Shown here one piece after another: positions 37,314-41,688 of a DNA stretch of 41,688 nt; within the stretch, counting starts at the first letter, position 1; every line of letters begins with the position of its first letter. The position numbers were made by a program, and so were the translations under genes. Origin of the DNA: Octopus bimaculoides (Eukaryota); contig NC_068985.1 in the NCBI RefSeq assembly GCF_001194135.2, forward strand, positions 103,587,455-103,629,142, given 5' to 3'. The notes below the pieces were generated by a model that was given only the letters and a program-made list of their open reading frames with translations, ran no database searches and was not told the origin of the DNA.

Positions 37314-39192
37314 CCTTTCCACTAAAGGCACAAGGCCTGAAATTTGGTGGGAGGGGACTAGTCAATTATATTGACCTCAGTGTTTCACTGATACTAAATT
37401 TATTGACCCCGAAAGGATGTAAGGCAAAGTCGACCTCGGCGGAATTTGAACTTAGAACGTAGCGACGGGCCAAATACCACTAACCATTTCACCCAGCGTG
37501 CAAACGATTCTGCTAGCTGGCTGCCTTAGTAACAAAAACAACAACAACAACAACAACAAAAACAACAACAACAACAACAACAACAATAATAATAATAATA
37601 ATAATAACAATAATATGTCCTGATGCAGTACCAGGCAGTACAAGGCTTCTCATCTTTACTGAATAGAAGTGTTATCATGTACATCGTTTTATTTTGGTAT
37701 AAAAGGTGGTTTACAGCAAATATTCTGCTCAATACTACAGATTTGCTTGTCAGTTGTTTGACCTTAACCAGTTAAGCATGTCCCTTAGTGGCTGACAATA
37801 TGTGCATCTCTGATCACGAGCAGAAGTAGTGTTTCATTCAACATCCTTAAACAACCCTTATTCAGGGAACCTTTTGAGCGGGATGGGGTACTCGACTTGA
37901 AGAATAGTGCTAGGTTGGGCGGGAGGAGATTTACGTCTTTCGTCACCATACATCCCAGATAATGCAGCTGTCTACTTCCTCTATGGTTTAAGGTGACAGG
38001 CGCTGGTATAGCGTGCCTATGGAACATGGTTTTGATCTTTCTAAGGTACATATTGAAGCCAACAGATTGACTTATTGTGTGGATATCGATATCTCCGCCA
38101 GTTCCTTCGGTGTATGTGATGTCATGGTGATATCATCTGCGAAGTCCAGGTGGCATAGATGTTCCCCGTCAATGTCGATGCTTTTTTGTCGCACTGGATT
38201 TTGTTGATGACAGCGTCTTGCAGGCATGATGTAAATAACTTCGATGAGGTGTTATATTATCGCCTTTTCTTGCTCCTCTCTTCAGCTTGATCTTATCACT
38301 GTTTTGGTGTAGCCTGTAAAGAGTTGCACCGCTGTGAAGGTTTTTCAGTATTGCAATATCAGTGAGATCCACCCCTTAGTTCTTCGATGTTCTAAGGAGC
38401 GACGTGAATTCTGTGGAGTCGAAGACCTTCTCATAATCAACAAAGGCAAAACAGAAATGCGATGTAGCATTCGTTCGCCTTGTCTTACCATTGACTGACA
38501 ACCTGAATGTAATCAATAGTAGAGAATCCTATTCTAAAGCCAGCTTGTTCTTATGGTTGACAGAGACCCGAAGTGCCGAGCATCCACCTTAGCATAATGT
38601 AGGAAAACAGCTTGTAGATGTTAGGCAAGAAACTGATAGTACGGTAGTTCTCCAAGTCCATTGTCACCTTCCTTGCAAAGTAAGACACTTGTGCGTTCTT
38701 CCAATTGTTGGGAACTTTGCTTTTTCAAAGCTTCTGTTAAACAGATTAGTGACCAGCATCACGATGGGATCTCCACCGTCCTGGATAATGCTAACAGAGA
38801 TGTTGTCCTCGCCAGGTGCCTTGTTTCTCTTGAGCCGTTTGATAAGAGAGTATAAATTTTACATTATTTCGTCAATTTATTTATTCATAGACTCCAAGTA
38901 TACATCCATTTAAATCCATTCAAATTATTGCTCTGCTGCATATTTTATCGTCCTTTAAATTTTTTTTTCTTAATAAACTAATTACAATATTTTGTTCTAG
39001 CATTGGTTAATTTGCTTATTTGTCAAATTTCTTCCAGATGAATCCAACGCCAATATTATAATTATAGCGGTTTCATCAGTAGGACTGTGTCTCTTGGTTT
39101 TCTTTATAGCTATAATTGCCATCTTGAAATTTACTGATGGCTTATGTTTCAAGAAATTGCAGATATGCGATGACTACTTAAACAAAGATTAA
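29767..39192 (+). CDS. Gene B: spliced type I membrane protein with three Ig-like domains and a short tail, about 394 aa
   Basis: Exons 29767-29821, 31707-31760, 33323-33622, 34586-34903, 35038-35340 and 39038-39192 total 1185 nt. All junctions are GT/AG phase 1, giving one open frame from ATG to TAA. Paralog of gene A. Confidence 0.83.
30365..30900 (+). mobile_element. ~540-bp interspersed repeat, non-coding (family E)
   Basis: Near-identical segments recur in reverse at 13248-13415 and 37610-37905. Confidence 0.8.
30900..31495 (-). mobile_element. 3' fragment of an R4/Dong-clade LINE
   Basis: Minus reading CLLIDTAVTSNQ...KEMEKLSK / VFKMWRMKVRTIPAITG...IALLKTAHILRK, then a 3' UTR-like stretch. 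Confidence 0.7.
31707..31760 (+). CDS. Gene B mini-exon 1 (end of signal peptide and N-terminal spacer)
   Basis: 54 nt, phase 1-1, acceptor ttttcattttacacag, donor CAG|GTCAGT. Reads (W)IFTEPYQQTHQKLALPT and restores the frame between leader and D1. Confidence 0.65.
31843..32036. repeat. (CAT/CAC)n microsatellite between the two mini-exons
   Basis: Seen directly; attached to a SINE 3' tail at 31800-31843. Confidence 0.95.
32190..32231 (+). CDS. Gene B mini-exon 2, diverged tandem duplicate of mini-exon 1 (possible alternative exon)
   Basis: 42 nt, phase 1-1 if the TAG acceptor at 32188-32189 is used, donor TAG|GTCAGT. Reads EPYEDSLQNFMTL; shares ttttacaca, ctgagccttat and aggtcagtt with mini-exon 1. 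Confidence 0.45.
32255..32482 (-). mobile_element. SINE family A, near full-length
   Basis: Minus head ggcggcgggctgacagaaacgttagc with B-box gagttcaaattcc, then gtcgactttgcctttcatcctttcgggg core. Confidence 0.8.
33004..33217 (+). mobile_element. SINE family A
   Basis: gcggcgagctagcaaaatcgtt...gagttcaaattccgccggggtcgacttt...ggccttgtgccaaaatttgaa. Confidence 0.78.
33323..33622 (+). CDS. Gene B Ig-like domain 1 exon (atypical Ig)
   Basis: 300 nt, phase 1-1, poly-T acceptor, donor A|GTGAGT. KLICPFRPGDFLQEW...VATCS...NVTC...LVFFC. Confidence 0.87.
33889..34203 (+). mobile_element. tRNA-derived SINE (family B) in the D1-D2 intron of gene B
   Basis: Same head as the 23756 copy; A-rich tail; aatgtttgcgt duplicated at 33876-33886 and 34204-34214. 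Confidence 0.88.
34586..34903 (+). CDS. Gene B Ig-like domain 2 exon (V-set-like)
   Basis: 318 nt, phase 1-1, acceptor ttttctgttgcag, donor A|GTAAGT. RLIC...LIWY...IYC...ITC...SDGRFSIVC aligns collinearly with gene A D2. Confidence 0.9.
35038..35340 (+). CDS. Gene B Ig-like domain 3 exon (atypical Ig)
   Basis: 303 nt, phase 1-1, acceptor catattttttttcag, donor G|GTATGT. IVVCPFEKGDELKYW...LVSC...VKC...LTLYC. Confidence 0.87.
35570..37140 (+). mobile_element. 5'-truncated R4/Dong-clade LINE in the D3-TM intron of gene B
   Basis: Starts at DDLKLYA (RT); MHHSKSDAHRLYLPRKEDGRGL; CRLC zinc knuckle; LLIDMTV...KYKD endonuclease; ends in a long (AAT)n tail. Confidence 0.88.
37140..37312. repeat. (AAT/GAT)n microsatellite
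   Basis: Seen directly; source of poly-I, poly-M and poly-Y ORFs. Confidence 0.95.
37312..37530 (-). mobile_element. SINE family A, tail-to-tail with the R4 LINE across the shared (AAT)n array
   Basis: Same core in reverse; its 3' tail (ggccttgtgcc..tagtggaaagg) runs into the ATT repeat. Confidence 0.75.
37610..37905 (-). mobile_element. Family E repeat, 3' half, abutting the RTE fragment
   Basis: Reverse complement matches ~30560-30900; followed by a (TAT/TTG)n tail. Confidence 0.75.
37905..38850 (-). mobile_element. Decayed RTE-like LINE fragment (RT region)
   Basis: KRNKAPGEDNI, FAFVDYEKVFDS and KIKLKRGARKGDNITP are non-LTR RT motifs of RTE type; frameshifted. Confidence 0.8.
39038..39192 (+). 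CDS. Gene B transmembrane and short cytoplasmic tail exon (terminal)
   Basis: Acceptor tttgtcaaatttcttccag, phase 1. (D)ESNANIIIIAVSSVGLCLLVFFIAIIAILKFTDGLCFKKLQICDDYLNKD*. AATAAA hexamers follow at 39200 and 39458. Not in the ORF track. Confidence 0.8.
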
Positions 39193-40171
39193 AGCGATGA
39201 ATAAATACTATATTAACTAAACGAGAATATTTCCTCCTATTTTGCTCTGTTAAGCGTACGCCATTAAACACGTGATATACATATATATATATATATAAAT
39301 AGATACATGCATATGTTTTAGAAAAGCTTGTTTTACGTAACGCTCAACGTATTAGCCAATTTAGTGATATCAAAACCTCGTGCTTTGTGCATTAAAAAGC
39401 AAATTTGAAACAGCTACGTATTTGAGGAAATATTATTTTCATTATGCATTTAACACGAATAAATAATTAGATTATTTATGATTACTCACTTAACATGAAT
39501 AAATAAAACAATATTAGTGAATTACTAATATACTTGTGCTAAATATATTATTTAGGTTGTTAAGTGAGCAATGAATATAGCAACGCTCTAAGATATTAGT
39601 GAATTCTTAGAACAGGATTATGTACTTTAAGACAAGATGCATGCAGTTAAAAGGCTACGGTTGTAAAAGAAGGAACTGAAAGCATTATAGCGCTCAAATG
39701 TCTCTTCATAACATGAAGACAGAATACGTTGTTATGTGTAATTGATAACTGAAACGGTTTAGACATTCAATAACAATTTTATTTTGTAGCCATTTACAAC
39801 TGTAAAATGCGCGTTCAATAAAATATTTGTGTAGCATAAAAGATGTGTTTTACTGTTTTTTATTTGTAAATACATAAACTTCGTATACTGAAAAGTCCCA
39901 TGCAATAGTTATTTTTATGTGATAACCTCTGATGGATGTTTGTCGAATCTATGGGCAGGAATGAAGGAACAGCAATATTGCCGGGTTCCATACCTTTGAG
40001 AGTCTCCTTCGGCGCAAGTAGTTTAAAGCATTGCTTCGGCCTTTTCAACGATATTTGATAAACAATATGAAGATACCGTTCGCGTTCTTAAGTGTTAGAC
40101 ATAATCCGTCGCTCAGTTGAACACAACTAGTTGGCATTTGAGTGTCTTTAGTCCATTATTTTGATGCATGA

Positions 40172-40550
40172 TAAGGCAACGAGCTGGCAGAACGGTTAGC
40201 ACATCGGGGGAAATGCTTAGCAGCATTTCGTCCGTCTTTACGCTTTGAGTTCAAATTCCGCCGAGGTTGAGTTTGCCTTTTATCCTTTCATGCTCCATAC
40301 AATAATTATCAATTGAGCACTGGGATCGATGCCAAAAGTTGGAACCATTATTATGTGGTATCATAAGGCGGTGAGCTGGCAGAATCGTTACCGCACAGGG
40401 ATAAAATGCTCAGAAGCATTTCTTCCAATCTTACGTTCTCAGTCCAAATGCCGCGGCTGTTGACTTTTCCTTTAATACTTTCGGGGTCTGTAAAACAGTT
40501 GAACACTGAGTAATCGACACGCCCCCTATCTCGAAATTGCTAGCCTTTTG
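40172..40550 (+). mobile_element. Two tandem SINE family A copies (40172-40330 and 40367-40550)
   Basis: Two heads (ggcaacgagctggcagaac and ggcggtgagctggcagaatcgtt), each followed by the B-box and core. A further partial copy lies at ~35405-35565. Confidence 0.75.
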
Positions 40551-40973
40551 TGTTGCATCATGAGTTAATCAATCAGCTAATCATCATCAATAATGTATGA
40601 ATTAAAGACCTAATTGGATACATTTGTTTTCATGTTGTCCTCAAACTGCAAATACTTGTCGACAAATTGCAAATATTTTCCAAAACTTACATAATAGTTA
40701 ATTCCTCTGGAATACCTGTCACACACAGGAAATAAATCCTTGCATGGGACATGGTACCGACAAAGTTGCATCTTCTTGCTTGGAAAGCCTTCGTAATTCT
40801 ACATGAAGGAGTAATTTGTCTAATTTCTCATCGTTGTCAGGGCTCAGATGTTGAAGTATTCATTTTTATTTTCTCTGGGGCAACCTGGTCTGTCTAAATG
40901 TTTCAGTACCTGAATTTATGTTAACAACACTCGGGAAAAAAGCAAGCAATCTTTTTATGTATGTATTTCTCAC

Positions 40974-41030
40974 TTTCAGCGCTTTCGGAGGCCTGTAATG
41001 GAGGTCTTCTTTCCATGGTACTGCCATTAC
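40974..41030 (-). CDS. Candidate internal exon of a third, minus-strand gene extending beyond the window
   Basis: 57 nt, phase 1-1, long poly-T acceptor ending ccttttactcatcag, donor A|GTGAGA. Reads (G)NGSTMERRPPLQASESAE. Confidence 0.35.
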
Positions 41031-41545
41031 CTGATGAGTAAAAGGTTTAAACAAGAAAAAAAAAAAAACTTTAGCTGTGTAGCAAATTAAATCGGAAACA
41101 TGTTATCGAATAAAAATAAGTAATTAGATCGTTCTGATGAACAAAATTCCTCAAGGCGGCGCCCCAGCACGGCCAGAGTGCACCGATTGAAACAAGTAAA
41201 AGAATAATAGAGTGTGCTTGTAACAATTCATCACAATTCACTTGATTTTGTCCTCTACTGGGGGAGAGAACTCTTTATCAATAGAGAGTAGGGGAGGTAA
41301 CTTCTTTATGATAATGCCTATTTCGTACGTTAACACGGCTACGTTGCTATCAGAGTAAAACTGCTGAACCTTGTCTTCTGTTCAGTTTTCAACCACATTT
41401 TGAAATGCAATGACGACTATGGTGAATAGAGACAAACATAATATTGTTATGACTCATCAAGTCAGTAACTTTTTTGGATATTTTGTTCTCTCTCGTAGGC
41501 ACTCCAGAATAATGTAAATATTAGTATCTTCTTGTCTGCTAACGA

Positions 41546-41612
41546 TACGAAGGGATGCTGAAAAGTTCCTGTCTTTGGGTAAAGGAAAATACAGGAGGCT
41601 CAGTTAATTATG

Positions 41613-41613
<1 letters not shown>
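41546..41613 (-). mobile_element. End fragment of the same mariner MITE
   Basis: tacgaagggatgctgaaaagttcctgtctttgggtaa...ggaggctcagttaattatgat is the reverse complement of 29485-29560. Confidence 0.7.

Positions 41614-41688
<75 letters not shown>

Overview
AT-rich, microsatellite-dense animal genomic DNA with five N gaps. The SINE and LINE content suggests an octopus or other coleoid cephalopod; that is an inference from repeat families, not a search result. The main content, mostly hidden from the ORF track because it is split into exons, is a head-to-head pair of strongly diverged paralogous type I membrane protein genes. Gene A is on the minus strand (leader ~21.3 kb, Ig exons at 10.3-10.6, 8.6-8.9 and 6.0-6.3 kb, TM exon at 3.4-3.6 kb, 3' end unresolved). 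Gene B is on the plus strand (leader 29.8 kb, one or two mini-exons at 31.7 and 32.2 kb, Ig exons at 33.3, 34.6 and 35.0 kb, TM plus stop at 39.0-39.2 kb). Both share a phase-1 exon chain: signal peptide, atypical Ig D1, V-like Ig D2, atypical Ig D3, TM. All six Ig domains carry four cysteines. I do not recognise a named gene. Possible 3' exons of a third gene lie at 40.6-41.0 kb on the minus strand. The rest is decayed R4/Dong-like LINEs, Penelope-like fragments (one with a tRNA-like module and hammerhead motifs), an RTE-like fragment, many SINEs, Tc1/mariner-type MITEs and microsatellites. All gene models were built by eye from splice signals and reading frame and need RNA evidence.
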